Source: Candidatus Giovannonibacteria bacterium RIFOXYD1_FULL_48_21 (GTDB lineage: Bacteria; Patescibacteriota; Minisyncoccia; JACPKW01; UBA11713). From it: 64,000 nt of DNA. Each line of letters begins with the position of its first letter. The stretch's first letter is position 1. The position numbers were made by a program, and so were the translations under genes. The stretch lies in assembly GCA_001778985.1 (NCBI GenBank), contig MFIU01000001.1:126001-190000 (forward strand). Reading direction: 5' to 3'. Below the pieces are notes generated by a model that saw only the letters and a list, made by a program, of their open reading frames with translations, did not search any database and had not been told where the DNA came from. Positions 63,976-64,000 of the stretch are shown piece by piece.

Positions 63976-64000
63976 ATGACGCGCTTACCGTTTCTTTCCG
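63976..64000 (+). CDS. possible start of the HicA partner (truncated by the window end)
   Basis: ATG 3 nt after the hicB stop, MTRLPFLS... Confidence 0.25.

Overview
This 64-kb window looks like a compact bacterial chromosome segment with Candidate-Phyla-Radiation (Patescibacteria)-like traits: very dense genes, ComEC split into two ORFs, no rpmD (L30) between rpsE and rplO, and many short r-protein variants. The core is a long '+'-strand super-operon with the rpsL promoter: rpsL-rpsG-fusA, tuf, then rpsJ through rplO, secY, adk and map, interrupted by a membrane-protein/hicBA module between fusA and tuf. Housekeeping genes: guaA, a Clp-family AAA+ ATPase, tpiA, pgk, rnhA, PolX, argS, ileS, glyQS, murI, infC-rpmI-rplT and smpB. 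RNA genes: tRNA-Arg(CCG), tRNA-Pro(GGG), tRNA-Lys(CTT) and tmRNA (ssrA). Two accessory systems stand out. (1) A complete diversity-generating retroelement (DGR) at 47.2-49.8 kb: target gene with a 3' variable repeat, a template repeat whose 12 mismatches are all at TR adenines, a downstream hairpin, an Avd-like four-helix-bundle gene on the opposite strand, and a DGR-type reverse transcriptase. (2) A family of about 65-110-bp elements with ~13-16-bp terminal inverted repeats (CCCGTTAGAAA...TTTCTAACGGG) flanked by short direct repeats (MITE-like). There are seven copies in four internal-sequence subtypes; each sits exactly at a stop/start junction (several rebuild the downstream start codon), and three 100%-identical copies sit inside the spc ribosomal operon. 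Other oddities: a ~195-aa histidine-phosphatase (PGM-family) domain inserted in IleRS, two related in-frame palindromic insertions in ileS, a LAGLIDADG-like ORF overlapping tRNA-Lys, a second intergenic hairpin repeat, a degenerate RelE/ParE-like remnant between secY and adk, and an atypical REC domain lacking the phospho-acceptor Asp. All calls rest on reading the sequence and ORF translations by eye; no database searches were run.
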